The notes: generated from the letters alone by a model not told the origin. 64,000 nucleotides of DNA from Squalus acanthias (GCA_030390025.1 CM059432.1:117368001-117432000), one strand, 5' to 3'; shown: positions 11,231 through 25,420, numbered from the stretch's first letter. A program made the numbers and translations.

Positions 11231-11640
11231 AATCCCACTCCAGAGTCTTGGGCACAAAAATCTAGGCTGACACGCCAGTGCAGTGCTGAGGGAGTGCTGC
11301 ACTGTCGGAGGTACCGTCTTTTGGATGAGATGTTAAACCAAGGCCCCGTCTACTCTCTCAGGTGGACGTAAAAGTTCCCATGACACTATTTCGAAGAGGA
11401 GTTGGGGAATTCTCCTGGTGTCCTGACCAATATTTGTCCCTCAATCAACATCACTAAAAACAGATTATCTGGTCATTATCACATTGCTGTTTGTGGGAGC
11501 TTGCTGTGTGCAAATTGGCTGCCGCGTTTCCTACATTACAACAGTAACTACACTTCAAAAAAGTATTTCATTGGCTGTAAAGCGCTTTGGGATGTCCGGT
11601 GGTTGTGAAAGGCTCTATATAAATGCACTTCTTTCTTTTT
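11231..11640 (+). mobile_element. tRNA-derived Deu-domain SINE, 5' part interrupted by ERV-A
   Basis: AATCCCACTCCAGAG...GCTGCACTGTCGGAGG...GGACGTAAAAGTTCCCATG...GGTGTCCTGACCAATATT; inverted copy at 62690-63125. Confidence 0.75.
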
Positions 11641-13039
11641 TATCTGAGAGTGAAAATTATAAGTTAACATTTGAGATATGATTTTTCATCAGAACCTACA
11701 CGATTAACCTACCTTTGTCTGTCTGTTTCTGGGAGTTTTTAGTTTTTAGTTTTTATTTCATCTGTCCAGCATCTACAGTGTTCTTCTTGTCTCTCAGAGG
11801 ACATGCACAGAGACAGGCAGATAGACATGAGTGGAGGCAGGCAGGCACACAAGAGCAATGATCCCTTTCCAGCCTCAGTGAAAACAAAACAAAAAGAATG
11901 AAATTTGGTTTACTTCAAATAACCTTTTACTCAGCTGGGAAAGCTGGACCCGAGCAAATGAAAATGCATTTTAGCTAATTAAAAAGACACTAATGACAGA
12001 TGTTTTAGACACACTTTTCCCACTACACAAAAGGTTATTATTTGGCAGAGCTCCCGTTGCTTTGCTGCATGGTGGACCAAGCATTTATTACAGAGAAGAT
12101 TAATTGTTTGAGCAGTGGCAAGGGCATTGTGAAGGAGACTGATTATAGTGAAGATGGGTTTGTCAATTTTTGAAAGAGACATTGCAAAGCCAGTTATATT
12201 TCGGTAGATATTAATTGAAACATGACAATTTGTGAAGCTATTATGTCCTTTCGGTTAATAATAAAAAGGCGTTTCGTAAGATGCAGTTCAGGTCTGTCGT
12301 GTAATAAATCTGATTTTAAAAGCTGGACACACTGGAACGTCTTCCTTTTCATTCAGAATGCCTTAAACAGTAATACCCAAATATTACCAAATGAAATATC
12401 CTAAAGAAGGCTTGAACAGGTTTTATGTAATTGGCTGCATTGTTTAGCCCCTGAGATAAGTCCATTAAGCTACAATTTAAACCAACTTATTTTCCTCTAT
12501 AATGTCACAGCGTCACTAACTGCTGCATCACGTTCATCTGTGGTAAGCACCGTTACTTTTTGTTAGATCTTTTTTAATTAACCTTTTCTAATGCTTTAAG
12601 CTATGATTTATATTTACAATGATACACATAGATACTGAACCCAAGACGTCTCATACGTATATTCTCGAAAAACAAAAGGCACAGTTGGCAGCAAGTTCGA
12701 TCTTGAAGATCTTTTTGGAACACTGCTCAAAATCTGTGCTGTAAAGTGCCATTTTAGAGCAGCAGAGCTCAGCCTGTGCCAGTAACACTGCCTGTAAAGG
12801 ACACATCGTCTCTAACCAATCAAAGCATCCTTTTTGGTAGCCTGCTATCGTGTATAGATGTTACAAATAAAACACCATCAGTAATCTACACTGTAAGGGA
12901 TAGAATGAACCATTCTAATTGAGGGTGATAAATTTATTTTCTTACCAATTTGCCTGGATATTCCAATCAAACACAAGCCCGGCCGGAAGCAGGTGGAGTT
13001 TGCATCCTACCGATGTGATTTGCACTGACCCACTGCAAT

Positions 13040-14545
13040 CGGATACTCGCAGAAGCTAAGGAAGAGATAGCAGAGGCACTTGTGTGTATAAAAACATTCA
13101 ATAGAAAAGGGAATAGTACCAGAGGACTGGTGGATAGCTAATGTTATTCATTTATGCAAAAAGGAGATAGAACAAATCCAGGAAACTATAGATCAGTTAG
13201 CTTAGCGTTAGTGGTTGGAAATATATTGGAAGCTTTACTCAAAGATGTAATAGAAAAACATCTATAAACGAAAAATATAATAAAGAATAGTCAGCACAGA
13301 TTTCAATAGGGAAGGCCATGCTTAATGAACGTCATTGAATTCTTTGAAGAAGTAACAGGAAGAGTAGACAAGGATACTTTAATAAATGTAATATAGATGG
13401 ACTTTCAAAGGGCCTTTGATAAGGCACCACATGGTAGACTCATGAGTAAGGTCAGAACAAGTGGAATCAGGGAACAAGTAGCAGAATGGATAGCAAACTA
13501 GCTACAAAATAGAAAACAGAGAGTAGGGGTTAAAGGTATTTACTCAGACTGGTGGAAGGTGAGAAGTAGTGTTTCTCAGGAATCAGTGCTGGGACCACTG
13601 CTGTTCACCATTTACATAAATTATTTGGATTTGGGAATCAGAAGTTAAATTTCAAAATTTGTGGATGACACCAAATTGGGGGGGTGGGGGGTGTTGGGGT
13701 ATAGTTAATACTGAGGAAATTTGCAACAAAATACAAGACGAAGTTAAAAAACTTGCAGAATGGGCATGTAATTGGCAAATTAATTTCAATGTAGGTAAGT
13801 GAGGTGTTGCATTTTAGAGGTCACATACTCCTTGGAAAATAACAGTCTCAATGGGGTAGAGGCGCAAAGGGATCTAGGGGTACAGATTCACAAATTATTG
13901 AAAGTAGCAACGCAGGTTAACAAAGCCATAAAAAGTGCAAACAAAGCAGTGGGGTTCAATTATAGAGGAATACAAAAACAGAGAAGTTATGTAAAATTTA
14001 TACAGAACCTTGGTTAGACTACACTTAGAGTACAGTGCACAGTTCTAGCCGTGATATTACAAAAACGATATAGAAACACTGGAGAAGTGCAAAATAGATT
14101 TACAAGGATACCAGAACTAAGAGCATACAACTATCAGGAAAGATTGAACATGGTTCTCTAGAAAAGAGAAGGCTGAGGGGTGACCTAATAGAGGTCTTTA
14201 AAATTATGAAGGGGTATGATAGGGTCGACATAGAGAAGATGTTCCCACTTATAGGGGAGTCCAAAACTAGGGGCCATAAATATAAGATAGTCATTAATAA
14301 ATCTAATAAGGAATTCAGGAGATACTTCTTTATTCAGTGAGTGATGAGAATGTGAAACTTGCTACCATATAGAGTGGTTGAGACGAATAGCATAGTTGCA
14401 TTTAAAGGGAAGCTAGATAAGTACATGAGGGAGAAAAGAATAGAAGGATTTGTTGATAACGTGAGATGTAGTAAGGTAGAAGGAGGCTTGTGTGGTGCAT
14501 AAACATTGGCATAGCCCTGTTACTGTGGTGTAAAATTCAGTGTAA
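13040..14545 (+). mobile_element. Degenerate CR1-type LINE, RT region to 3' end
   Basis: Remnants GNYRSVSL, DFQRAFDK, SKFVDDTKLG, QRDLGV, RRLRGDLIEVFK; many stops. Confidence 0.85.
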
Positions 14546-14572
14546 TTTTATATATGAAGCGTGTTATATCAC

Positions 14573-17500
14573 GGGAATGGTAGCATAGTGGTAATGTCAC
14601 TGGGCTAGTAATCCAGAGGCCTGGACTAATGATCCAGAGACGTGAGTTCAAATCCCACCACGGCAGCTGGGGAATTTAAATTCAGTTAATTAAATAAATC
14701 TGGAATAAAAAGCTATCAGTAATGGTGACCATGAAACTATCGGATTGTTGTAAAAACCCATCTGGTTCACTAATGTCCTTTAGGGAAGGAAATCTGCCGT
14801 CCTTACCTGGCCTGGCCTATATGTGACTATATGTGCCCTCTGAAATGGCCTAGCAAGTCACTCAGTTGTAACTAACCGCTACGAAACAAAATAATAAGAA
14901 TGAAACCGGACGGACCACTCGGCACCGGCTATGGACACGGCAATGGCACACCCAGCCCAGTCAACCCTGCAAAGTCCTCCTCACCAACATCTGGGGACTT
15001 GTGCCAAAATTGCTGGGAGCTGTCCAACAGACTAGTCAAGCAACAGCCTGACATAGTCATACTCACAGAATCATACCTTTCACCAATGTCCCAAACTCCT
15101 CCATCACCATCCCTGGGTATGTCCTGTCCCATCGGCAGGACAGACCCACCAGTGGTGGCACAGTGGTATACAGTCGGGAAGGAGTGGCCTTGGGAGTCCT
15201 CAACATTGACTCTGGACCCGATGAAGTCTCATGGCTTCAGGTCAAGCATGAGCAAGGAAACCTCCTGCTGATTACCACCTACTGCCCTCCCTCAGCTGAT
15301 GAATCAGTGCTCCTCCATGTTGAACACCACTTGGAAGAAGCACTGAGAGTAGCAAGGGCACAGAATGTACTCTGGGTGGGGGACTTTAATGTCAATCACC
15401 AAGAGTGGCTCGGTAGCACCACTACTGACCGAGCTGGCCAGGTCCTGAAGGACATAGCTGCCAGTCTGGGCCTGCGACAGGTGGTGAGTGAATCAACAAG
15501 AGGGCAAAACCTACTTGACCTCGTCCTCACCAATCTACCTGTCGCAGATGCATCTGTCCATGACAGCATTGGCAGCAGTGACCACCACACAGTCATTGTG
15601 GAGACGACGTCCCATCTTCACACTGAGAACACCCTCCATCGTGTTGTGTGGCACTACCACCGTGCTAAATGGGATAGATTCAGAACAGATCTAGCAGCTC
15701 AAAACTGGGCCTCCATGAGCGCTGTGGGGCAGCAGCAGAATTGTATTCCATCACAATTTGTAACCTCATGGCCTGGCATATCCCTCACTCTATCATTACC
15801 ACCAACCCTGGTTCAACAACGAGTGTAGAAGAGCATTTCAGGAGCAGCACCAGGCGTACCTAAAAATGAGGTGCCAACCTGGTGGAAGCTGCAACACAGG
15901 ACTACATGCATGCTAAAAAGCAGAAGCAGCATGCTATAGACAGGGCTAAGCGATCCCACAATCAACGGATCAGATAAAAGCTCTGCAGTCCTGCCACATC
16001 CAGTCGTGAATGCTGGTGGACCATTAAACAACTAACGGGAGGAGGAGGCTCCATGAACATCCCCATTCTCAATGATGGTGGAGCCCAGCACGTGAGTGCA
16101 AAAGACAAGGCTGAAGCGTTTGCAACCATCTTCAGACAGAAGTGCCGCGTGAATGATCCATATCGGCCTACTCCCGAGGTCCCCACCATCACAGAAGCCA
16201 GTCTTCAGCCAATTCGATTCACTCCACGTGATATCAAGAAACGGCAGAGTGCACTGGATACAGCAAAGGCTATGGGCCCCGACAACATCCCGGCTATCGT
16301 GCTGAAGACTTGTGCTCCAGAACTAGCTGCGCCTCTAGCCAAGCTGTTCCAGTACAGCTACAACACTGGCATCTATCCGACAATGTGGAAAACTGCCCAG
16401 GTATGTCCTGTCAACAAAAAGCAGGACAAATCCAACCCAGCCAATTACCGCCCCATCAGTCTACTCTCAATCATCAGCAAAGTGATGGAAGGTGCCATCA
16501 AGCGGCACTTATTCACCAATAACCTGCTCACTGATGCCCAGTTTGGGTTCCACCAAGACCACTCGGCTCCTGACCTCATTACAGCCTTGGTCCAAGCATG
16601 GTTAAAGGAGCTGAATTCCAGAGGTGAGGTGAGAGTGACTGCCCTTGACATCAAGGCAGCATTTGACCGAGTCTGGCATCAAGGAGCCCTAGTAAAACTG
16701 AAGTCAATGGGAATCAGGGGGAAAACGCTCCACTGTCTGGAGTCATACCTAGCACAAAGGAAGATGGTTGTGGTCGTTGAAGGTCAATCATCACAGCTGC
16801 AGGAGTTCCTCAGGGCAGTGTCCTAGGCCCAACCATCTTCAGCTGCTTCATCAATGACCTTCCCTCCAACATAAGGTCAGAAATGGGGATGTTTGCTGAT
16901 GACTGCACAGTGTTCAGCGCCATTCGCAACTCCACAGATAATGAAGCAGTCCATGCCCACATGCAACAAGACCTGGACGACGTTCAGGCTTGGGCTGATA
17001 AGTGGCAGGTAACATTCGCACCACAGAAGTGCCAGGCAATGACTATCTCCAATAAGCGAGAGTCTAACCACCTCCCCTTGACATTCAATGGCATTACCAT
17101 CGCCGAATCCCCCACCATCAACATCCTGGGGGTCACCATTGACCAGAAACTTAACTGGTCCAGCCACATAAATACTGTGGCAACAAGAGCAGGTCAGAGG
17201 CTAGGTATTTTGCAGTGAGTGTCTCACCTCCTGACTCCCTCAAGCCTTTCCACCATCTACAAGGCACAAGTAAGGAGTGTGATGGAATACTCTCCACTTG
17301 CCTGGATGAGTGCAGCTCTAACAACACCCAAGAAGCTCGACACCATCCAGGACAAAGCAGCCCGCTTGATTGGCACCCCATCCACCACCTTAAACATTCA
17401 CTCCCTCCACCACCGGCGTACCGTGGCTGCAGTGTGTACCATCAACAAGATGCACTGCACCAACTTACCAAGGCTTCTTCGGCAGCACCTCCCAAACCCG

Positions 17501-17790
17501 TGACCTCTTCCACCTAGAAGGACAAGGGCAGCATGAAATGGGAACACCACCACCTCCAAGCTCCCCTCCAAGTCACACACCATCCTGACTTAGAAGTATA
17601 TCGCCAATCCTTCATCGTCGCTGGGTCAAAATCCTGGAACTCCCTACCTAACAGCACTGTGGGAGTACCTTCACCACACGGACTGCAGCGGTTTAAGAAG
17701 GCAGCTCACGACCACCTTCTCAAGGGTAACTAGGGATGGGCAATAAATGCTGGCATTGCCAGCGACGCCCTGATCCCATAAACAAATTTA
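14573..17790 (+). mobile_element. CR1-group LINE (APE endonuclease + RT) with a tRNA-like/SINE-like 5' head and no evident ORF1
   Basis: A box near 14581 and B box GTTCAAATCC at 14646; APE motifs NIWG, LTES, VGDFN, LDLVLTN, SDH; RT motifs GPDNIP, NYRPISL, DIKAAFD, FADD; 3' tail with AATAAA; frameshifted. Confidence 0.85.
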
Positions 17791-18006
17791 ATTTTTTTTT
17801 TTAAATGACGTAAGTTTCACCTCATTTTCATGGAAAATGGTTGGTCACTTGCTGGAAAGATACTTAACTCATGGATCTGGACCTTCTCGTCCGCCTTCAG
17901 CTGCCGGGTTTCCCGCGGCCTGGGAAACTCGGCCCACAGCCGTTAAGTTCCTGGCTTGGTTTAGTGGGCGATGATAAGGTTTTCAGCCACCTGCTCAAAA
18001 CACTAT

Positions 18007-18804
18007 GGGGCAAAAATTCGGTATCGCCATTTTGTGGCGCTAATATTGGCCAGGCGAAAAGTTTAGCTGCTGGCGCTAATTATCGCCTTCGACTGCAAAA
18101 TTCGCCTCTATCGTCCCTGCAGGTGATTTGAGTGCTAAATCAGGCACACCTCTCTTAAGGCACAAACGCCAGGGAGCGAGGCGCTACCTCAGAACGCTAC
18201 TGAAGCTCAGGCGATGCCAATTACCATGGAAGCCAGACAGACTGGTGCCGTCCAGTTCTGAAAGGGGAGGGGCCATCTTGCTGGCCAGCCACTCCCTGCT
18301 CATTGCAGCCTTGAATCTCGGCCTCGAGACACCTCAAAAGCAATTGTGTTGGAAGCACTAATGAATAGGCTCAGGGAAAGAGCCTGGTGCTTAGGAACCT
18401 CAAAAGTGGTGCTGAGGGCCAAAACTCCTTCGGACAGCGTTAAAATAAAAAATTTTGCTGACAATAAAAGGCAGGAAGCGCCCGCCTTTAAATAGCACTC
18501 CTCCAGCCCCTTCCCGACATGAAAACGTTCCCCTCTACCTGTTGTACCTAGCGGCAGGCGCTAAGGCAGGGGGTGTGACTCAATATCCAGTCTAGGGTGC
18601 TACCGGGGCGTTGCACGCTTGACTGACGTCACGATCTGTGGGCGCAGGAGATTGTGGTGGTAGTGTTTAGCGCTGCCACAAAACGACTGGTCAATTTCAC
18701 GAGCGGCGCTAAAATCGCTGCGCTCAGGCGCTATGTTCCTACCGCCCCGTTAGCGCCCCCCGGAGGCGCTAACGGAAGGCGCTAACCAACCAAATTTTTT
18801 CCCC
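18007..18804. mobile_element. PIF/Harbinger-type MITE, same family as 8399-9291
   Basis: TIRs GGGGCAAAAATT / AATTTTTTCCCC; flanks TAT and TAA; shared internal segment GCAGCCTTGAATCT. Confidence 0.75.
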
Positions 18805-20999
18805 TAAGGTTTTCATGATATTCATTGTCATATATTATCCTTTAAGAGTTATAAAAGTTCTTTTTTTTAAAATCATTTGTGTAATTGCTTGGTACAATGG
18901 GCAAGCAGATCCCAAGGTGCTTGAAAAAGTTGACAAAGGAAACAGAATTCTCAAGAATGCTCAGGTCTACTTTTCACAGTCAGCAACTTCACCATTCTAC
19001 AAATCTTATATCACTTAACCCAGTGATGTAATTACATAGCCCTATTTGGCAGGCTGCAGAGAAAATCCATTTCCTGCTCCTGACTCAGTACAATATGAAG
19101 CCATTAAGGCCAGTAGACTGGAGGAGGATGGTAATTGTTCACCTGTACACCAGAACCAGTTAGTGTAAATATCCGACTGCAAGCAGCTCAAAACTATCCT
19201 ATCAGAATAAATATAAAGGGGCAGATTTCCAAATCAATTCATTCTTTCTCCCCTGCAATATTTTCCTCTCTCATGAAGGCATTGACTTGTGCTTGAGTGT
19301 GACACCATGGGCACCAGCCACTCTCTGATACCGTGCCCAAGTGTCTGTTCCTTATGTGTGAACAGAGTGTTGGTAGGCTATTCAACCAGGGGCATCGTAA
19401 CTGCGGCTGAATCTGTACCTAACAACGTCTAAACATAGCAGGAGTCACTGGATAGAGATCAGGAGCGGGAGTGCTGACATTTTCCTCTCTCTAGCCCAAG
19501 GGGTACTTCAGCCAATTGTAGTTATACTAATGTCTCTCCGTTTTCGATCAGCGAGCTCAGCACAGAAATTGAACCTGGAACATTTCTGGTCTGTGTGGCT
19601 CAGAACAGCACTGAGGAGTGCACTTAGCAAATGAGTCATTGGGGGAGATATTGATACATTTTTTATAAAGTTCAGTATTACTTTTTAGGGACTCTTCTTG
19701 AGCGCCTATTCCCTGGTAATGATATGTCTGATTCAGTGATTGGGAGCTCTCAGAGGCGAGTGATCGGGAGCGTACAGATAGTGCAAGTCAGGAATTTTAA
19801 TGGATGAAAAAATTGCCAGATGTGCCTCCATAACCTCCTGTGAAGCATTCTCTGCACGTGTTGCTCCCCATTGATAGCATGGAATCGGGCATTTATAAAA
19901 TACTGCCCTAAATTAGACACCTTATAGAACTGCACTGTCTATATCCAATACTGTTTGGATAGATAATCTGCTGGACAATCTAACACTGGAAATATTGCAA
20001 TCCTTTAGGTTATTCTTAACCATTGTAATAGGACGATCGTCAATAGAAATCGCACTATTGATCTCTGCAGTCAAAGAGCAGTTGATCTTTTAAAACTCCT
20101 TTCAGTGGTTTCAGGTTTGCACGCATAGCAGCCAGAAATTTTTGGGGCCTGCTATACTGGCACAAGTGCAGTGGAATGGAATATCTGCCTGACAAAATGG
20201 CAGGCCGGAGACCATGTCCCAAATCCCAGGAGACGAGATCGTTTGCATGACTGGGGTAGGTCGCTGGTGCCTGTAAGGGGTGCATCACCAACACTACCCA
20301 GATCTGGCAGTGTAAGGCAGAGTGGCTCACAGCCGCTCCACCTGAGGTGCCCCCAGGTCCTTCCAAGCTGAATACAAAACTTACCTTTTTGTAGTCTTCG
20401 GCAACAAAAGGAGTCTTTCTACCTTCAAGCACAGCAATTGACTCCTCTGGTGCGAATTTTGCTGAGGCTATTTGACGGTACAAAAGGGATAGTCTGGGAA
20501 CTGCCCTCCCTACCAGAAATGGCTGTACCGAAAAAACAAAACAGGGTGGAATCCTGGCAGAACCAAATTTCGAATGCAGGTCACCAATCCACGCCCTCTC
20601 TACCCTGGAATTTGTGGCGCAAGTGTGTTCATTCTGTTATTTGTATACTATCAGAGGGATTTTTTCATTTTCCTCTGCTCTGCACATTATTAAGAAACAG
20701 ATTCTGCAACAAATCTCTGCTACATTGATGTAAAGATTGTCAGGCTTGTTGTAGTGCGCTGCTCTGGGCATGGCTTTGATTTGTTTTATTTCATGCATAT
20801 ATTTAACATTCAATTAAAACATGGATAATGAAGCAGTCATTTCAGTGGGCTGTTATGTCATTCTTATCACCTTCTTATTGCAAGCAGTAAAACTGTGAGG
20901 CAATCCTCCATCACACCAGTGCCTGGCAGAACAAACTCCACCTCTTTTTAGTCATAATATTCAGCTGATCTACATCTGCTTCATTTATAGACTTGTGCT

Positions 21000-21510
21000 A
21001 GGCACTGGAGAGAATGCAGAGACGATTTACAAGGACGATACCAGAAATGCGAGGGTGCACATATCAGGAAAGGGTGAACAGGCTGGGTCTCTTTTCTCTT
21101 GAAAAAAGAAGGCTGAGGGGTGACCTAATAGAGGTCTTTAAAATTATGAAAGGATTTGGTAGAGTGGATACAGAGAGAATGTTTCCACTTGTGGGGAAGA
21201 GCATAACTAGAGGCCATCAATACAAGATAGTCACCAAGAAATCCATAGGGAATTCAGAAGAAACTTCTTTACCCAAAGAGTGGTGAGAATGTGGAACTCG
21301 CTGCCACAGGGAGTGGTTGAAGCGAATAGTATAGATGCATTTAAGGAGAGGCTGGACAAGCATATGAGGGAAAAGGAAATAGAGGGTTATGCTGATAGAT
21401 TTAGATGAGGAAAGACGGGAGGAGGCTCGAGTGGAGTGTAAACGCTGGCATGGACTGGTTGGGCCGAATTGCTTGTTTCTGTGCCGTATATCCTATGTAA
21501 TCCTATGTAT
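21000..21510 (+). mobile_element. 5'-truncated CR1 LINE 3' end
   Basis: QRRFTR...LFSLEKRRLRGDLIEVFK; 3' tail CCTATGTAATCCTATGTA. Confidence 0.85.
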
Positions 21511-22149
21511 TTGGAACTTCCATCAACTAGCACTGCAGTAACCAAAACTTTTATCTAAAAATATGAGCCAAGACTTCCTGCTGTGTTGCACCCAATTTTG
21601 GGGTAGTAATTGAACAGGTTGGGGCAGAAAATGAGGTGAGGAATCTGTTAAACCCCAACCTTCCCCCCACCCACCCCCCCCGACCCACTCTCGCGCTATT
21701 TGATTTTCTGCTGTCATGTTCAGCCAATTTTTGGTGGATGCATGCAAATGAGATGGCAATAATGTGGTGATGTCAAATGCCCCATTTTCTGTAATTTCTG
21801 TGTCAATTACATTGAGTATTAATCACACCAGTATAAATCAAAGCCTTGAATTTCTGCAGGGGTTTTCCTGGTCTCCTGCCATAACTTTGATAGGAAAGCG
21901 ATGGAACTCCTGAGAAGTGGTGTAGGCTACCTACATTGCAATCTGTCTTGGTGTCATTAGTTAAAAGACTGCAATTACCCTACCCTGCTTTTTAGACTGG
22001 GCACAATGGTCTCCTATTGGGAATTTCCTTATAGTTCTGTTTCTTGGAATAAGAGGAGGAGGAACAGAGGGAGATGAGTCTGGCGAGATTGCACTGCAGA
22101 GACACAGCGCCCAACCAACCAATACCCCAACACCAGAGTATACAGGTAG

Positions 22150-23080
22150 AGATGCTCCTATCAACATCTGATCAGGAAGCAGTGGCCATGAGGCTCCACT
22201 TAACAAAGGAAGCCATAACAGAGTGATGACATATGCTGTAAGTGGACTTGCAGCCCACTTCTACTCTATGGACCATTCTGTCATTGGTTGTTAAGGTCAC
22301 CCCACCCTTACCTTTTATGACATCTGGTCATTCTAGGCCAAACAGCATTCAAGAAACAATTAATGGGTGCATTTTTCTCTAAAGTCAGCAATTTCTTTAG
22401 CTTCCCTATGAACAGCCCGTGCCAATATGAAAGAGTGCTGCAATTTTACTGAGTGGCAGGATTCTCCAAGGTTCAAGGAGTCATAGATGACACTGGTATG
22501 GCCACACCTACAACCTTCATCAGTGGACAGAAAAATGTCAACAGGAAAGGTTACCACTTACTCAATGTGCAGCATGTTTGCAAACAACATCGTGGTATTA
22601 TGCCAGTGAATGCCCACTTCCCTATCAGCTGCCACAGTGCTTTTATTTTAAGCAGCTCAGTGCTACCTATCTGTCACCCAGAAAGGCAAATCTGTGGTGG
22701 GCTCCTCAGAGTTACAGGCTATGCTGTACAGCCTCAACTGATGACACTTCTGTGCTGTCCAGAACCCCCAGCTAAGCAGCACTATAATGAGATCCATTCA
22801 TCACCAGAATCATTACTGACAAATCATGGACAAGTTGAAGGTGTACTTCAAGTACCTGGAACAATCTGGGAGCATCCTGCAGTATAGACATGTGAGGATC
22901 TCAAGGATCGTGACAGTGTGCTGTATGCTGCTTAACTCCACTTTACAAAGAGGAATCCCCATGAAGACTCTGGGAGATGAAGGTCCTCATCAAGAGCAAA
23001 GGCATCAGCAAGAGGAGCAACAACTTGCAGGGGTCAAACTACTGCTGGCTGCAAGAGGCATTCATGCCAATCTGAAATAA
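22150..23080 (+). pseudogene. Highly degenerate Harbinger (HARBI1-like DDE) transposase
   Basis: AGFSKVQGVIDDT, VNRKGYHLLNVQHVC, HYNEIH, SRIVTVCCML; collinear with the 45400-46500 copy. Confidence 0.75.
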
Positions 23081-24759
23081 AAGACTCTCTTGGCTACCAC
23101 ATCTGACCACTGCATCAGCAGTCCTGCCTATATCTTTCTTCTTCCCATCACATACATGACATAATCTACAGCCCCTTCTCTGTGTGCATCAATTCACACA
23201 ACTCCTATTGATGCCACCGCATTAAATCCACTCCCAAACTGCGCTAAAAACAGTGTCTATATACACGATAACTTTAGAACTAACATAATTTTATCTAAAG
23301 CCTATAGTGTGTGTATGTGCCGAGTGCTTCTTCCCACTGTGCTTCCCCTTGCTGATAGTGTGTGAACTATGAGCCCTTAATCCTAATCTAATGTTTCTCC
23401 TGGGCACTACCCGAGTAACACGAATGTGTGGAGTCATTGACTACTCTGTGTCAGGAGGAATCTCGTGCGACTGAGTTGATCCTTGTTTCACAGCAGCTGA
23501 ATCCTGAGGTGGACCTGCTCCAGACTGCACCCTTTGTACTACTGCATGAGCAGCTTGGTTCTGCATCCTTTCAGCCATGTGTGGATGTAGCAAAGGGTGG
23601 GTGGGCACATATGTACTGCTCTTCTGGGAGACCGCACCATCATTTGTGCATATTTCTGCCACTGGTACTGGACACTGGGTTTGCAGCTCCAGTGCTCTGC
23701 AGGAAAGCAGATCTAGTGGTCCCAGTGAGATCAGTGAAGCACAGTGTGATGCTTGTCTGCAATTAGTCACCAAGCCTGCCCAAACCAAAAGATACAACCA
23801 TCTCTAATCTGGCATCAGAGATTTCTATGGTAGCAGTCTGAACATCCATACAGGAAGCAAAGACTGCCTTTAGGACTTAGTCATGGAAGTCTCCACTGCA
23901 GATGTTGCTTGAGCTGTTATATGCTCCATGGTGGACTGCAGTGCTGTTAAATGGTCCTCTGGTGTTCTGAACATACTATGGTAGACTCCTCCACTTGATC
24001 TGCTATCTAGAACACACGATACAGTATAGCCCTGAATGCCTGTGACTCTGCATGCATGTTTTTTTTTAAATTGCAGGCCTTATGAGCTGCAGATCCCCTG
24101 GCTCTTCAGCTGAGAGATGATGCCCCCTCACCAGCACTTCCTCCTCATATGCCACCACCAGCTGTTCCTGCTCACTCGGGCTCTGTGCATCACGCAGTGC
24201 ATTCTCCAATTCTTCACTCTTTAAACCCCAGGCAGAATGTCTCTGTGCTGGTGCTTGAGAGAGTGAACTAGTGTGTGTGCTGCAAAGTGCTAGCATCTCG
24301 AGATGCTGAGAGGCCTGCAGCACGTCTAGTGGAGGAAAAGAGGGAGAGATGCTTGGATAGTTTCCTGATGAGCAGAGTTCACATATCACTTGTGTCATGA
24401 AGGTTTCATGATATGGTTTACTGACTAATTAATGAAAGGTACAATAGGAGGGGAACAGAATGTTCTGCTGAACCCTTGACTGGCACATGTCCTCCAACAC
24501 CCTGGCCTTTCCCCACATTTCTTCTCATAGGGGGCAAGTGCTATGAGGTTTTGGGGTCCTTCACTTGCTGCTCGTCACTCCTGGGGTTATGGGTGCCTCC
24601 TTGAAAAAGAATATGAAAAGTAAGAATTACCTTTAATTATCATGGGATGAGATAAAACACAGGTACCTGCATATGCCTAACGACTAGATTCACAAGATCA
24701 CAAGATACATACAGACAAGGAAGACCATTTGGCCCGTCTTAATTCATCCATCCCGAACA

Positions 24760-25420
24760 TTAAGAAGGCAAATGGTATGTTGGCCTTCATAGCGAGAGGA
24801 TTCGAGTACAGGAGTAAGGGTGTCTTGCTGCAGTTGTACAGGGCCTTGGTGAGACCACACCTTGAGTATTGTGTGCAGTTTTGGTCGCCTTATCTGAGGA
24901 AGGATGTTCTTGCCATGGAGGGAGTGCAGCGAAGATTCACCAGACTGATACCTGGGATGGCAGGAATGACGTATGAAGAGAGATTGGGTCGATTAGGCTT
25001 ATATTCGCTAGAGTTTAGAAGAATGAGAGGGGATCTCATTGAAACTTATAAAATTCTAACAGGACTAGACAGACTAGATGCAGGAAGGATGTTCCCGATT
25101 ACCGGGGAGTCCAGAACCAGGGGTCACAGCCTAAGGATAAGGGGTAAGCCATTTAAGACTGAGATGAGGAGGAATTTCTTCACCCAGAGAGTGGTGAACC
25201 TGTGGAATTCTCTACCACAGAAGGCAGTTGAGGCCAATTCATTAAATATATTCAAGAAGGAGTTAGATATATTTCTTAAGGCTAAGGGATCAAGGGATAT
25301 GGGGAGAAAGCAGGGACAGGGTACTGAATTTGGATGATCAGCCATGATCTCATTAAATGGCGGAACAGGCTCGAGGGGCCGAATGGCCTACTCCTGCTCC
25401 TATCTTCTATGTTTCTATGT
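24760..25420 (+). mobile_element. 5'-truncated CR1 LINE 3' end
   Basis: KKANGMLAFIARG...LVRPHLEYCVQFWSPY...FFTQRVVNLWNSLP; tail TTCTATGTTTCTATGTT. Confidence 0.9.

Noticed and set aside
14573..14665. Functional tRNA gene
   Set aside because: A and B boxes are present, but it runs into a repeat body and no convincing cloverleaf is seen; treated as a SINE/LINE head
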